From positions 32,001 to 96,000 of IMG/VR virus record IMGVR_UViG_2852743531_000003: a stretch of 64,000 nucleotides of DNA. One strand, 5' to 3'. A program made the translations under genes and the position numbers. The notes beneath the pieces were generated by a model, which was given only the letters and a program-made list of their open reading frames with translations, searched no databases and was not told where the DNA came from. The stretch is from a virus. Lineage: Duplodnaviria; Caudoviricetes. This document shows, in pieces, positions 20,262 through 31,070 of this stretch. The first letter of the stretch is position 1; each line of letters opens with the position of its first letter.

Positions 20262-22532
20262 TCAGATATTCGAATCAATACCCTTGAAAAATCCCGAGAT
20301 CAAACGCGCCGGCATCAGGTCTCCCGCGAAGCTCGCCCAGTGCGCGGGTGAAAGCCAGGACTTCCACTGCGCCATCTGCATCGTCAGATTGAGTTTCAGC
20401 TTTCTGAAAACATAGATCTGGTCCGCAAGACCAAGACCACCCAGCACGGCCATATAGTCGGTGAAGGGATTGTCGCCATCGAAGATATTGTCGAGTGACG
20501 TTGCAACGTTCGATACCGTGTCCACCACGGTTCCAAGCGCCGCTCCCGCGGCCGAGACTGCGGCTGCCACCGGCAGCGCCGCGGCAGCCGCACCCGCCCC
20601 ACCCGCGACCGCCCCCACCGGACCCGCGATAGCACCACCTCCCACGGCACCGGCAACCGCAGCCGCGCCTTCTGTCACGGCGAACCCGAGACTCGCCCCC
20701 GTCTGCGCGGCCGCCGTGCTCAAGCCCTGGCTGATCGGCAGATACACCAGCGACGAAAGATCGGCAACCGTAAACGTTACGTCGATCGCCAGTGCCCGCC
20801 CATCGTTATTGAATCCGAGATTGCCCGTGCCTCGTGTCACGGAGAGACTGTCGATGATGCCGAGCCGTATCTGGCAGCGACCACGGTCGTACAGTTCGCA
20901 GATGAATGGTGCCGTATAGGACTGCCGGCCGGTGGCAAGTGGCAACGCGCCTGCGATCAGCATCGCGAGCGGGATGTAGAGGTTGATGAGCTGCGAGACC
21001 GGATTGCCGTAGGGGCTTACGAGGTTGACGGTATAGCTCGTGCGGGCGAGTGATGCCGAGGCCGACTGCCAGTGCCGCGGGATATCGACGAAGGCCGAGC
21101 CGCCCAGCGCGGCCAGGCCCGATAGCCCCATGCCGCCGGCGATACCGGACGCAAAGTCGAGTGCATCGTTCACCGCACTGCCGACGAGTCCCAGCACGCC
21201 ACCACTCGCGAGATTGCCACCAGCCGCATCGAAGCGCGTCGTGCGTGCCTGGCTCGACATGCTGTTGATCTTGTTTGCGATCTCGGAATCCGCCGTCTGG
21301 TTCTGGAATGAATCCGTGACCGCCCCGGTCGCGTTCACGCGGAAACTGACGAACGATCCGCCATCGTTGAGCTCCGCGTTCAGGAAATCGAAAAACCCGG
21401 CGTTCTCGCTCTGGGACTGTGAAAAGTTCTCCGTGACCGAATCCAGCGTCGCGTTATCCTGCGTCTGGGTAACGGCTGTTGACGCGCCTGATGTGTCGGC
21501 GCTGGTTGTGCCGGTGGAGTCTGCTGGCGCGCTCGTGCCTGGCGCACTGTCATCGCCGCCGCCGGCCGGCTTCACCTGCGCATTGGCGACCGTGCCAAAC
21601 CACTGCGAGATATAGTCGCTGAATGAGCGTGCGCCGGTATCGGCGAGCTTGTTGCCAGGACTGAAGAGGTTCTGGATGACCGAGGCGAGATTCTGGCTCG
21701 TAAGCGCACCGGTATCCATCGCAGCCTGATACATCGCAATCTGCTTCGCCTCCAGCCGCCGTGCACGCGTCGACATCTTGTAGACGTCGATTCCGCCTCC
21801 ATTGAAAAAGATGTCCGGCCACGCCGCCTGCATTTGTGCAATACCTGCTGCATCAAACTGGTACTGATCGCCAAGCCCCGGAATGTTCGTCACGTCCGCG
21901 CCAACCACCGCGTCGCCGGCGCGCGGAATGACCCCGAGGTTCACGGCAATCTGGTTGACGATCGTCTGCACGATCTGCCAGTACACAGGCATCGTGCGCT
22001 TCAGGTAATAGAACTTCGAGGAGGGCTTGTTCATGAGGAAATTCAGGCCCACGCCGGCCAGATGAAACGCGAGCAGCCTCCAGCTCATGAGCGACACGAC
22101 GAACCCGGCTGCCTTGCCCAGCGTGTAGAAGAAGGTCGTGCCGCGCCCGGTTCTTGCGAGCACTCCTGCTCCACTGTTATAAAAGCTCGTAAAGAACTGC
22201 GTGAGTGAATTGAACTGGGGCACGCCAAAGCTCATGTGGATGACCTGGGCGTTGTCGTCGATCGCCTCGCTGTAGTAGATGCCAAGACCGTTGCTGCCAT
22301 TCAGTCGCGAAGGTGCCTTGGGATCGGCATGACGCGTGAATTGCGGCGGTGGATTGATGGCGATGTTGCCGCCCGGGCGCGTGTCGACATACTTGAGCGC
22401 CGCGCTCGTGAAAAAACGGTTCGAGGCATCGGGGCTGCCCGTTGCAAAACTGGATGAAGGCACGAGAAACGACTGCCTCACCCAGCTGACGTCACTGCCC
22501 TGGGTATCGAGTGTGTTGAGATTGGATATCAT
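20262..22532 (-). CDS. tail/baseplate virion protein (phiKZ gp182-like)
   Basis: 756 aa directly downstream of the gp181-like gene. PGGNIAINPPPQFTRHADP and YYSEAIDDNAQVIHMSFGVP. GRQSYTAPF...GIIDSLSVTRG is tube-initiator-like. Confidence 0.65.
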   Translation of the reverse strand: MISNLNTLDTQGSDVSWVRQSFLVPSSSFATGSPDASNRFFTSAALKYVDTRPGGNIAINPPPQFTRHADPKAPSRLNGSNGLGIYYSEAIDDNAQVIHMSFGVPQFNSLTQFFTSFYNSGAGVLARTGRGTTFFYTLGKAAGFVVSLMSWRLLAFHLAGVGLNFLMNKPSSKFYYLKRTMPVYWQIVQTIVNQIAVNLGVIPRAGDAVVGADVTNIPGLGDQYQFDAAGIAQMQAAWPDIFFNGGGIDVYKMSTRARRLEAKQIAMYQAAMDTGALTSQNLASVIQNLFSPGNKLADTGARSFSDYISQWFGTVANAQVKPAGGGDDSAPGTSAPADSTGTTSADTSGASTAVTQTQDNATLDSVTENFSQSQSENAGFFDFLNAELNDGGSFVSFRVNATGAVTDSFQNQTADSEIANKINSMSSQARTTRFDAAGGNLASGGVLGLVGSAVNDALDFASGIAGGMGLSGLAALGGSAFVDIPRHWQSASASLARTSYTVNLVSPYGNPVSQLINLYIPLAMLIAGALPLATGRQSYTAPFICELYDRGRCQIRLGIIDSLSVTRGTGNLGFNNDGRALAIDVTFTVADLSSLVYLPISQGLSTAAAQTGASLGFAVTEGAAAVAGAVGGGAIAGPVGAVAGGAGAAAAALPVAAAVSAAGAALGTVVDTVSNVATSLDNIFDGDNPFTDYMAVLGGLGLADQIYVFRKLKLNLTMQMAQWKSWLSPAHWASFAGDLMPARLISGFFKGIDSNI

Positions 22533-22604
22533 GGAGGAGTCCTATGTTTCATGATGTGCCCGGAGGAGTGGCATGCTTCCCCGGGCGGCCGTCAGACCAT
22601 GCCG

Positions 22605-25600
22605 TCAGGCCATCTTCGCCATGGAGACGGGAGCCGTTGGCATCGGTCGCGACGTTGAAGGCAGCGACTGGACCGTGCTGGCTGCCGCCGCATTGGCACC
22701 CGCCGCCAGGTTTCCGGCACCGGAGCGCGCACCCTGCTTCACCGCCTGCTGCATCAGGTCGTACATGGCCTTCAGAACGTCCAGTGCCTGTTCGTGAACC
22801 TTGAGCGACCTGTCCAGCGTTTCTCCCACCCCACCCAGCGCGTCCATGTGCTCGTCATGCTGGGCCTGCTGGATCGTCATGAGGGATTTCGGGCCCTGGT
22901 CGATCAGCTTGACGGACCCCGGCCCGAAACCAAACTGCGCGAACGGCGCGGCTGGCGAACCGCCCGCGAAGGGGATTTTCGAGGGCACATTGCTGATCGC
23001 CCCAGCCAACCTGGTCCGCGCAACCGAGGCGTCAGCCAGGGTCACCGCCGCGGCAACTGCTGGCTGCCTGGGTACGACGCTCAGAGGGTCACCCTGCGAG
23101 GTGTTCGTTACCGGGATCATGGCCCCCGCCGTCGCGGATTTCGACGCGGTGGCTGGACCAGCAGCGGAAGCGGCGGTGGCACTTCCCGCACCGCCGACTC
23201 CAGTCATGCCCGGCGTTGTTGGGGCGATTGCCGCCGCGCCCGTCGCAGGACTGGGCGCTTTCGCAGATGCCGGCGAAGCCGGTTTCGCCGGTCCGGCGTC
23301 CGCCGGAGCGTTAGTTGCATTTGCACCTACCCCCGAGGCACCCGGCGCCGGCGCCTTGATGGCGGTGTCCGCAACGCCCGCGCCCTTGCCGGTTTTAACT
23401 GGCGCGGATGCAACGTCAACCGCGCCTGTCGTCACCCCTGTCTGCTTCAGGCCGAGCTGGACCCGCCGGCCGATCTCCGCATAGACCCCGGCCACCGAGC
23501 GATGGGAACCATCCCTGTTGAAGAAGATCGACCGATTCGCGGCCGCGGGCCCTGGCATGAGCGCTACAGCGTCCGTGCCGGGATCGGCCTTGAGAAGCTG
23601 CTTCGCACCACCGGGACCCAGAAAGTGCGCGAGATAGACATCCGTCGGTGTGATGGTAGCCTTCACGCCCTTGAGCGCCGCGACGTTTTCCTTGATGAAC
23701 TCGGCACCCATGAGGGCGCTCGCGCGCGGATCGGTCTGTGGCGTGTTGGGCGGAATGTCGTACTTCGACCCGTACTTCCTGAGCATCGTCTGCCAGGTGC
23801 TGTTGATGAACTGGAACAGACCCGACGCGCTGCTCGTGCCCGCCTTCGCGGACGGATTGAACGCGGACTCGATCGCACCGATCGCTGCGAGCAGGATCGG
23901 ATCGACGCCCACCATCGACGCGGCCTTGCCGATCAGATCCTTGACGGCGCTCCAGCCGCGGCCGATCGGCAGCGGCAACTGGCCAATCCTGCCGCCCAGT
24001 GCCTGCAAGCCCGTGCGGATCGCACCGCCTGCAGCACCCGCCACACCGGCTACGGTTTCCTTCACGCCGGAAACAACCTTCCCCGCCATAGTTCCAACCG
24101 CGGTGCCCGCGCGCTTCGCGACATCCCATGCCCTGCTGGCACCACCTGCGGCAGCACTCTCCACCCCCGAGATCAGGTTGCCCGCCACATCCTTGACGCT
24201 GTCCCACATGCCAGCCATGAGGCTCCCAACCGTTCCCACGCCCGACTGGATCCTGTCGGTCAGCAGGTCGGTCCAGCCCTTGCCCTGATCCCTGGCTGGT
24301 GTCGACGCGGGTGTTACGTCCCGTGCCGTTTGCAATCGCTGCGCGGCGTCGGCTTTCTTCTTCTGGTCGGCTGCTGCCTTGCCCGCTTCGGTTGCAACAC
24401 TACTTGCGGCCGCGGCACCCACCTTCAGCGCGGCCGCCTTTCCCGTCGAAGGTTGATCCGCGCGCATGCTGTCGATCGCAGCCTGCGCGGCGGCAACGTA
24501 GGTGGCCACCTCCTTTGGCCCCGCATCGAGCGTCAGGCTACGGTGAAGCGTGAGAATCGATCCATGAAATGGCGAGCGCATTTCCTTGTATGGACCAGTG
24601 GGCCACGAAACCGCCTTCAGATATTGCTGCCGGTCCTCCTTCCTGCGCAGCCGCTCGTCGACCTCAGGAAGACTGATGTTCTGCCCCATCGATTTCAGAA
24701 CCGTCAGGTGCGTGCAGAAAACCGGCTTGAAACGACGCAGATACCAGGTCGCGAAGTTCGCCACTTCGCCCCTGTTGGCCGGGTCGATGTCAAACGGAGC
24801 GACGATCTCTCTGAAATTGATGGATTTGCCACTGACGTCCGCGCGGCCGTTCCGGTAGTACACACCCTTCATCAGGGTGTCCTCGAGAGTAAGGATTGCC
24901 TTGACGCTGTCGTGGTCATCGGGCAGGAAGCCATACTGGGCGATGCGCACACTGGCGAGCGCCCCAGGCTTCTTCTCGAGCAGTCGCCTGATACCGCGAT
25001 ATGCCAGATAGCCCGCCCCCGCGACGGCAGCAGCACCGAGCACCACGGGCAGAGACAGAAAGCTGCCCACCGCGGCAAGCCCACCACCAATCACTTCGCC
25101 CGCAGTGGCGAGTCCTCCTGCCAATCCTCCCATCCCGGCAAGCGATCCACCCAGGCCGAGTGTCCCGGTCGCGCCGGCGGCGGCAAGACCTTCGCCGGCA
25201 AGCGCCTCGGCGCCCCCCGTCAGTGCGGTGCGCCCCAGCACGCTCCCAATGCCCCGGCCCAGCAGCTTCCTGCCACCACCAGCGAGCGCTCCCAGACCAC
25301 GCCCCGCCCGCTTCACACCCTTCATCGCTCCCTTTAGCAGCCTGCCGCCTCCCCATCTGCCAAGCTTGCGTTCCAGCCAGTTTTGCGCGTCGCCCATCAG
25401 ACCGCTGCCGTCCTTCCCATCCTCACCTTCACCATCGCGCTTGCCGCGCCCCCTGAGCCGGCCAAGCAGGCTGCCGAGCCCGGCAAGGAGCCCCTTGCTG
25501 CCGCCTGCCTCTCCGGTCGCAGCGCCACCGGGCTTTTCCCTGTCAGCAAGACGGCGTTTACGCTCGAGGTCTTCCCATGAGTTGGTGATAACGCCGGTGC

Positions 25601-28600
25601 CCTCCTGATCGCCGACGAGACGCTTGCGTGGCTTTGGCAGACGCTCGAACAGGATGTCGCGGATTTCGGTCAGGCGCTGCGTGATGGTCTTCGAACCGGC
25701 AAAGACAATGCCGTCCGGTCCCATCATCCTGTTGAACCAATCCGAAAGCCCCCTGAATGGCGAAAGCGCGAGATCCTTGAGAACGCCAGCCCCCTTTCTG
25801 ATCGCCTTGAAATAGCCCTTTACCGGCGCCATGACCAACGCCGCGAGCTTCATGAGCGGCGTGCGGATGGGATGCCCCTGTGCATCGACCAGGCCGCGCG
25901 CGAGGTCCTCTTTCCTCAGTACGACCTTCGGATAGCTCCGGTCGCTATAGTCGACTACCGGCCCGTCGATCATGCCGGGGCGCAGGATGACCTTGTCTTC
26001 GTGCAACTGTGAGCGGTAGGCGCCCGCGCGCATCATGATGGCCAGCAACCTCGGCTCGGTCTCGCCCTTGACGTAGATGTCGACGGGCGGGTCGAGATAT
26101 TCGAGACCACGTCTGGCAAGCGCAATGCCCTTTGTGACGGTCTTCGCCGCCATCGAGAAGACGTCGCCCGTCATGAACTCAGCAGCGCGGCCAATGAGCT
26201 TGCGGCCCGCGCCAAAAGCCGAGATGAGTTTTGCCTTCAACCGCCCCTTCGCATAGGCGCGTTTGATGTCTTTCGATTGCAGCACGACATTGTCATTGTC
26301 GGCGCTGTCAATCACATCGCCCTTGATGTCCTTGTACGAACGGATGACGGCACCGGTCGCCCTGTCGCGGTAGTGGCCAAGTCGCATTTTCCAGGCAAGC
26401 AGTACCGGCTCGCTGGATTCGGGCAGGTAGACATCCTTCAGGCTCGCGACGTAATCGAGCCCCTTCTGGCCGCCCTCCTTCGCGAGATCAACGCCACCGC
26501 GAATCATGCGCGCGCCGAGATGTTCGGACTTCGTCATCCAGTCCCAGCCCGTGCGCACAGCCGATGTCGCTGCCTGCCGCGCGCCCCGCAGCGTGTCGAC
26601 ACCCGCGCTGGCAAGATCGCGCACGGTCCAGTCCGAAAAGCGCTTGCCCCAGCGCGAACCTTTCAGCCTCTCACCGAGTTCGCCAAGCCTGCCTGCCGCA
26701 CCGCTTGCTGCACGACCGGCGGCGCCCTTGATGCGACCGCCGATTCCGGAGACATCCGGTACGTGAAACAGCCCCTCCTCGATCTTTTTCTGGATGACAA
26801 GGAGCGTCTCGTAGATTTTCGCGACCAATGGCTTGCTGCTGTGCTCCCTGAATTGCTCCCTGAGCACATCAATGACGGCGCCCATCGGTCCATGCACCGC
26901 GCCCGCGGTATCGGCAGGCGTGAAGCGCCGCCCCGCCCCGAACGCCGGAACCGCGCCAGGCTGCAACGACCTTCCCCACTTCTGCTGCAGGAAGCGTTCA
27001 ACATCGTGCGCGGTACTGCCATGCCGCTGCACAGGCATGGGCTCTTCCTGCAGCGCCATGCTCGCCGTTTGCACCTGCGCGGACGGCTGGATGCTGGCGA
27101 TGCCTGTGACACCTGCGGCAGGAGCGATGGCTGGAACCACGCGGCGCGCGCCACCCGTGAACGGTTGGGAAACGACAACGCCGGCACGCCGTGTCTTCGT
27201 GGTTGCCTTCGCGCGGTGCGGCGGCACGCGCGCGAATGTCCTGATGGGGCGCGGAGCATGACGACGCGCGGCCATCGGCGCGACACCTGAAATCCCTGCA
27301 GAGCCCGGGGTTCCCCGCAGATCGCCTGCGCCCGGCTCAACGCCCGGCGTGTATTCTCCGGACAGGTACCAGTCAATCAGCCGGTTCTGGTCGATCATGC
27401 CGTCCTTAACGATACCGGCGTCTTCGGCGAACTCGAGCATGCCGGCATTGATGAGGCTCTGGACCATCTCGCGCGGATCGGCAATGCCCCCACCCAGATA
27501 GGCGAAGCGCGCATGAAACGCCTTCTGCCTCTCCTCCCGATCCTGCGAGGCATAGTTCTGGAACAGCTGGGCAAACGTGCCCGCGTGCTTCGCCTCGTCG
27601 CCGGCATAGCTCCACAGATCGCTGTAACGTTTGAGCGACCCGGTACGGTTGGCAAAGTTGTCGCGCACAAGGCGCCGGATCAACATCTGCCGCTGCTCCG
27701 CGCTCAGCTTTACGCCACTGTTTTTTTCCAGATCATCGATGAGTGAGCCGGCGTGCTCCTGGACGTGTTGCCGGTCGCGCGGCTGCACAATCGACTCGAA
27801 TGCGCGTTTGAAGGTCAGTGAACGCTCGCGGAACCGGTTGCCTGACCAGTCGAACGATGTAAGCTCGACTTTCGTGTCTCCCGTGCGCAGGATCTGCAAC
27901 TCGCGATAGATCCGCGCGAGAAACCCGGGGATGATTTCGGTGATCGACTTTCTGACGAGATGCGTAAAAGGTGCGGGCTCCTGCAGGTTGCGCAGGTTGT
28001 CGACGTGGACGCCCGTCTGCACCGCGTTCGCCCTGATGATCTGGTTCTTCAGCCACTGTACGGCCGAGCCCACCACCGGCGTGTCGTTGAGCCTGTCCGA
28101 ATACGCGAACTCGGTCAGATGCTGGGGCACGCTCTGCGCGAAGTGACCGGCCGTGTGGCCGTGCCGCTCAATGAAGTCGCCAACGCGCGTGCCCTTGAGC
28201 GTGCGGCCAATGCGTGACCCGAGCACAGAAGCGAGACCCTGGGCCGCAAGACCGCCCGCCATGTCCCCGGCCATCTCCGCCTTCGATGGCCCGATTCCGT
28301 CCATCCCCGACATGCCGGCGCCCACGTCTGCCATGCCAAGACCCATCTGTGCGCTACCGACGAGGTTGCGCAGCGATGAGGTAAGTGACGACCTGATCTG
28401 TCCGGTCAGTGCCCGCATGAAGTTGCTGCGCTGACCGAGAAACCAACTGCCCGCATTGCCCATGAACTTGTTGCGCAACAGCGTCGGCCAGTCCTCGCGC
28501 ATCTTCACCTTGAGCAGATCGGGCAGCGCGGTGTTCTTCTGGATGTTTTCGAGCAGCTCACGCGTGGCCACGCCCTGTTTTCTCTGCTCCATCAGCGCAT

Positions 28601-29306
28601 CCATCGCCACGAAGTAGTGGCGCAGCTGCACTTCAAGCGACTTGCGCTGGTAGTTGACCGTCACACGGTCCTGATAGTCTGCAAGCCGCTGCAGCGCGAG
28701 TCTGATCGAGTTCAGATGTCCAAGCTGGCTGTTCGTGCGATCGGTCTCGATCTGCTTCAGGATATCGGCTTCGGCCTTGTCCTCGGCACGTTGTTGCGCC
28801 TGCGTCTGCGCCTGGTAGCTGAAGATGTCCCCGAGTGTCGCCTGCAGCGAGGCATGACGCGCGGCCTCGGCAGACAGGCCGGTGGTGCCTGTGTCCGCCG
28901 ATTCCGCCCAGGATTTGAGGCGGTCCTGCGCGCTTTTCGGCAAAAACTTACCGCCAGCCGGCAAAAGTTTGCCGACGGCGCGCTTGAGTTCATTCTGGAT
29001 CGGCTTTACTTCGCGTACCGAAGCATTGTATAGATCCCGGATCGATGATGCGGCCTCGTCTGCCCGGTCCAGCGCCTGTCCATAGCCGGTCGGCAATGCC
29101 GAGCGCAGCGTCCTGTTCAGAAATGACTTGCTGCGCACCCCCTCCCAGACACCGCCTGCACCGCCCTTGACGAACTCTTTCGCGTGCTTCGCGACCGGCA
29201 CGCGATCATCCCGCTTTGCTTTCTCCCTGTAATTGAATTCCGGAATATCCAGATCTGCATCGAAGCCGAAACCGTCGTCGGCCTTGAACGATTTCTTTCT
29301 GAACAT
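22605..29306 (-). CDS. giant tail protein with lytic transglycosylase domain (phiKZ gp181-like)
   Basis: 2233 aa. SLT motifs VDPILLAAIGAIESAFNP, SSASGLFQFINSTW and YLAHFLGPGGA. Hydrophobic Gly/Ala segment. Divergent from the RNAP beta' gene as in phiKZ. Confidence 0.85.
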   Translation of the reverse strand: MFRKKSFKADDGFGFDADLDIPEFNYREKAKRDDRVPVAKHAKEFVKGGAGGVWEGVRSKSFLNRTLRSALPTGYGQALDRADEAASSIRDLYNASVREVKPIQNELKRAVGKLLPAGGKFLPKSAQDRLKSWAESADTGTTGLSAEAARHASLQATLGDIFSYQAQTQAQQRAEDKAEADILKQIETDRTNSQLGHLNSIRLALQRLADYQDRVTVNYQRKSLEVQLRHYFVAMDALMEQRKQGVATRELLENIQKNTALPDLLKVKMREDWPTLLRNKFMGNAGSWFLGQRSNFMRALTGQIRSSLTSSLRNLVGSAQMGLGMADVGAGMSGMDGIGPSKAEMAGDMAGGLAAQGLASVLGSRIGRTLKGTRVGDFIERHGHTAGHFAQSVPQHLTEFAYSDRLNDTPVVGSAVQWLKNQIIRANAVQTGVHVDNLRNLQEPAPFTHLVRKSITEIIPGFLARIYRELQILRTGDTKVELTSFDWSGNRFRERSLTFKRAFESIVQPRDRQHVQEHAGSLIDDLEKNSGVKLSAEQRQMLIRRLVRDNFANRTGSLKRYSDLWSYAGDEAKHAGTFAQLFQNYASQDREERQKAFHARFAYLGGGIADPREMVQSLINAGMLEFAEDAGIVKDGMIDQNRLIDWYLSGEYTPGVEPGAGDLRGTPGSAGISGVAPMAARRHAPRPIRTFARVPPHRAKATTKTRRAGVVVSQPFTGGARRVVPAIAPAAGVTGIASIQPSAQVQTASMALQEEPMPVQRHGSTAHDVERFLQQKWGRSLQPGAVPAFGAGRRFTPADTAGAVHGPMGAVIDVLREQFREHSSKPLVAKIYETLLVIQKKIEEGLFHVPDVSGIGGRIKGAAGRAASGAAGRLGELGERLKGSRWGKRFSDWTVRDLASAGVDTLRGARQAATSAVRTGWDWMTKSEHLGARMIRGGVDLAKEGGQKGLDYVASLKDVYLPESSEPVLLAWKMRLGHYRDRATGAVIRSYKDIKGDVIDSADNDNVVLQSKDIKRAYAKGRLKAKLISAFGAGRKLIGRAAEFMTGDVFSMAAKTVTKGIALARRGLEYLDPPVDIYVKGETEPRLLAIMMRAGAYRSQLHEDKVILRPGMIDGPVVDYSDRSYPKVVLRKEDLARGLVDAQGHPIRTPLMKLAALVMAPVKGYFKAIRKGAGVLKDLALSPFRGLSDWFNRMMGPDGIVFAGSKTITQRLTEIRDILFERLPKPRKRLVGDQEGTGVITNSWEDLERKRRLADREKPGGAATGEAGGSKGLLAGLGSLLGRLRGRGKRDGEGEDGKDGSGLMGDAQNWLERKLGRWGGGRLLKGAMKGVKRAGRGLGALAGGGRKLLGRGIGSVLGRTALTGGAEALAGEGLAAAGATGTLGLGGSLAGMGGLAGGLATAGEVIGGGLAAVGSFLSLPVVLGAAAVAGAGYLAYRGIRRLLEKKPGALASVRIAQYGFLPDDHDSVKAILTLEDTLMKGVYYRNGRADVSGKSINFREIVAPFDIDPANRGEVANFATWYLRRFKPVFCTHLTVLKSMGQNISLPEVDERLRRKEDRQQYLKAVSWPTGPYKEMRSPFHGSILTLHRSLTLDAGPKEVATYVAAAQAAIDSMRADQPSTGKAAALKVGAAAASSVATEAGKAAADQKKKADAAQRLQTARDVTPASTPARDQGKGWTDLLTDRIQSGVGTVGSLMAGMWDSVKDVAGNLISGVESAAAGGASRAWDVAKRAGTAVGTMAGKVVSGVKETVAGVAGAAGGAIRTGLQALGGRIGQLPLPIGRGWSAVKDLIGKAASMVGVDPILLAAIGAIESAFNPSAKAGTSSASGLFQFINSTWQTMLRKYGSKYDIPPNTPQTDPRASALMGAEFIKENVAALKGVKATITPTDVYLAHFLGPGGAKQLLKADPGTDAVALMPGPAAANRSIFFNRDGSHRSVAGVYAEIGRRVQLGLKQTGVTTGAVDVASAPVKTGKGAGVADTAIKAPAPGASGVGANATNAPADAGPAKPASPASAKAPSPATGAAAIAPTTPGMTGVGGAGSATAASAAGPATASKSATAGAMIPVTNTSQGDPLSVVPRQPAVAAAVTLADASVARTRLAGAISNVPSKIPFAGGSPAAPFAQFGFGPGSVKLIDQGPKSLMTIQQAQHDEHMDALGGVGETLDRSLKVHEQALDVLKAMYDLMQQAVKQGARSGAGNLAAGANAAAASTVQSLPSTSRPMPTAPVSMAKMA

Positions 29307-29386
29307 GACGTTTCCCAGATCAGGTTGAAACCAGTGACTCCCTCATAGTTCTTCTCCGCTTGCATTCATTAACGGAGGATGTGCGC

Positions 29387-31015
29387 ATGCCCGAGCGTTC
29401 TGCCATCCCCTTCAATATCCGGCTACTCGACCTCACTCCCGCGCGGCTGCAGAACATCCGCCCCGTCACCTCGCTCGAATTCTTCGATGGAAACAGCCAG
29501 AACTTTCATCCGGAAGGGCTTTTTTCGACGCTGATCTTTGGCAGGGTTGGTGACGAAAAGCGCTCGCTGCGGTTTTCGTATATCGATATCCGGGTACCGG
29601 TCTTTCACCCCGTCATCTATCGCGCGCTCACGAGCCTCAAGCAGCTGTACAAGGACGTTATCGCGGGCAGCCAGTACGCTGTGTGGAATGACGTAACGAA
29701 AGACTTCGATCGTAGCGACACACTTAACGGACAGACCGGGTTTCATTTCTTTGTTTCGCACTGGCACGACATCCAGTTCTCCGAAACAAAAAGCGACGAG
29801 CGTCAGGCAAAACTCCAGCTGCTCCAGAAATATCGCGAGAAGGCAATGACCTCGAAGATTGTCGTCATGCCAGCCGGCATGCGTGACCTCGAATTTACCG
29901 ACGACGGGCGCATCCGGGAAGACGAGACGAACACGATCTACCGCTCGATCATCGCCCGCTCGAACAGCGTCAACGAAAACACCGTCAGACGCAATCCCGA
30001 ACTCATCGACACCGTCCGCTACAGCCTCCAGACCACCTTCAACCAGCTCTATGACCATCTCGAAAGCATGGTCGAAGGCAAGCACAAGCTGCTGCTGGGG
30101 AGGTGGGCAAGCCGCCGGATCTTCGATGGCACCCGCAACGTTGTTACTGCCATGGATGCCTCGCAGAGCTATCTGGGCTCGACCGGCTCCACCGGTCTGA
30201 ACGATCATGTGGCGGGCCTGTACCAGACGCTCAAGGCCGCCAGACCGCTCGCGGTCTATCACATCCGCGCGGGGTTTCTGCAGTCGGTTTTCCCGGGACC
30301 CAACGAGCCGGCCCGGCTCGTCAACCGGAAGACGCTCGGGAGCGAACCCGTGCAGTTACGGCCTGAATACTACGATCGATGGGCGACCATCGAGGGCATC
30401 GAGAAGCTGCTCACGCTCTTCGGCGAGGAGAGCCTGCGCCATCGGGTCATCGAGATCGATGGCCGCTATCTGGGTCTCATTTACAAGGGGCCCGACATGA
30501 CCTTCCGGCTCATGAACAATATCGATGAACTGCCCGGCCATCTTGACCAGCAGCACGTCTTTCCCCTCACGTTCTGCGAGCTCCTTTACTGCTCCACCTA
30601 CCGGCATATGAACAAGGTGGCGGCCTTTCTCACGCGCTATCCCATCACGGGCCTGGGGTCGGTTGTGCCGGGAAAGATCCACATGCGCACCACCATCCGC
30701 AACGAGATTCGCCGCGAGCTCGGCGCGGACTGGACGCCACTCGGCGAGGACTACGTTGCTCACGAGTTTCCTATCAGGGATGGTGAATTCATCAACAGCA
30801 TTGTGGTCGCGCCCGCGCTTCTTGGCGAGCTCGGTATGGATTTCGATGGCGACACCGGATCGCTCAATCTCGCCTACACGGACGACTCGATCCAGGAGGT
30901 CGACGCGTTTCTCAGAAGCCGCAAGGCCTACATCGGACCCGATGGCAGACCGCTCAAGAGCTGCGCCGTCTCCACGGTCGATCTCGTCCTGCACAACATG
31001 ACCGGCGACGCCTGA
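29387..31015 (+). CDS. virion RNA polymerase beta' subunit, catalytic piece (phiKZ gp180-like)
   Basis: GLFSTLIFG at the N-terminus, TRYP, and catalytic LGMDFDGDT. GGAGG RBS upstream. Confidence 0.9.
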   Translation: MPERSAIPFNIRLLDLTPARLQNIRPVTSLEFFDGNSQNFHPEGLFSTLIFGRVGDEKRSLRFSYIDIRVPVFHPVIYRALTSLKQLYKDVIAGSQYAVWNDVTKDFDRSDTLNGQTGFHFFVSHWHDIQFSETKSDERQAKLQLLQKYREKAMTSKIVVMPAGMRDLEFTDDGRIREDETNTIYRSIIARSNSVNENTVRRNPELIDTVRYSLQTTFNQLYDHLESMVEGKHKLLLGRWASRRIFDGTRNVVTAMDASQSYLGSTGSTGLNDHVAGLYQTLKAARPLAVYHIRAGFLQSVFPGPNEPARLVNRKTLGSEPVQLRPEYYDRWATIEGIEKLLTLFGEESLRHRVIEIDGRYLGLIYKGPDMTFRLMNNIDELPGHLDQQHVFPLTFCELLYCSTYRHMNKVAAFLTRYPITGLGSVVPGKIHMRTTIRNEIRRELGADWTPLGEDYVAHEFPIRDGEFINSIVVAPALLGELGMDFDGDTGSLNLAYTDDSIQEVDAFLRSRKAYIGPDGRPLKSCAVSTVDLVLHNMTGDA

Positions 31016-31037
31016 CAGGCACCGTGACCTGAACCGG

Positions 31038-31063
31038 GCATCGCATCGGAGCATCGCATCGGA
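31038..31063 (+). repeat. 13-bp tandem duplication GCATCGCATCGGA x2
   Basis: Exact adjacent copies at 31038-31050 and 31051-31063, between the beta' and beta genes. Confidence 0.8.
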
Positions 31064-31070
31064 GCAGCTC

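Noticed and set aside
22794-25337. Long antisense/alternate-frame ORFs (e.g. 847 aa here; also 4146..5840, 7909..9444, 53178..54644, 57943..59649)
   Set aside because: Shadow ORFs of GC-rich genes, with Arg/Ala-rich motif-less translations lying opposite well-supported CDSs.
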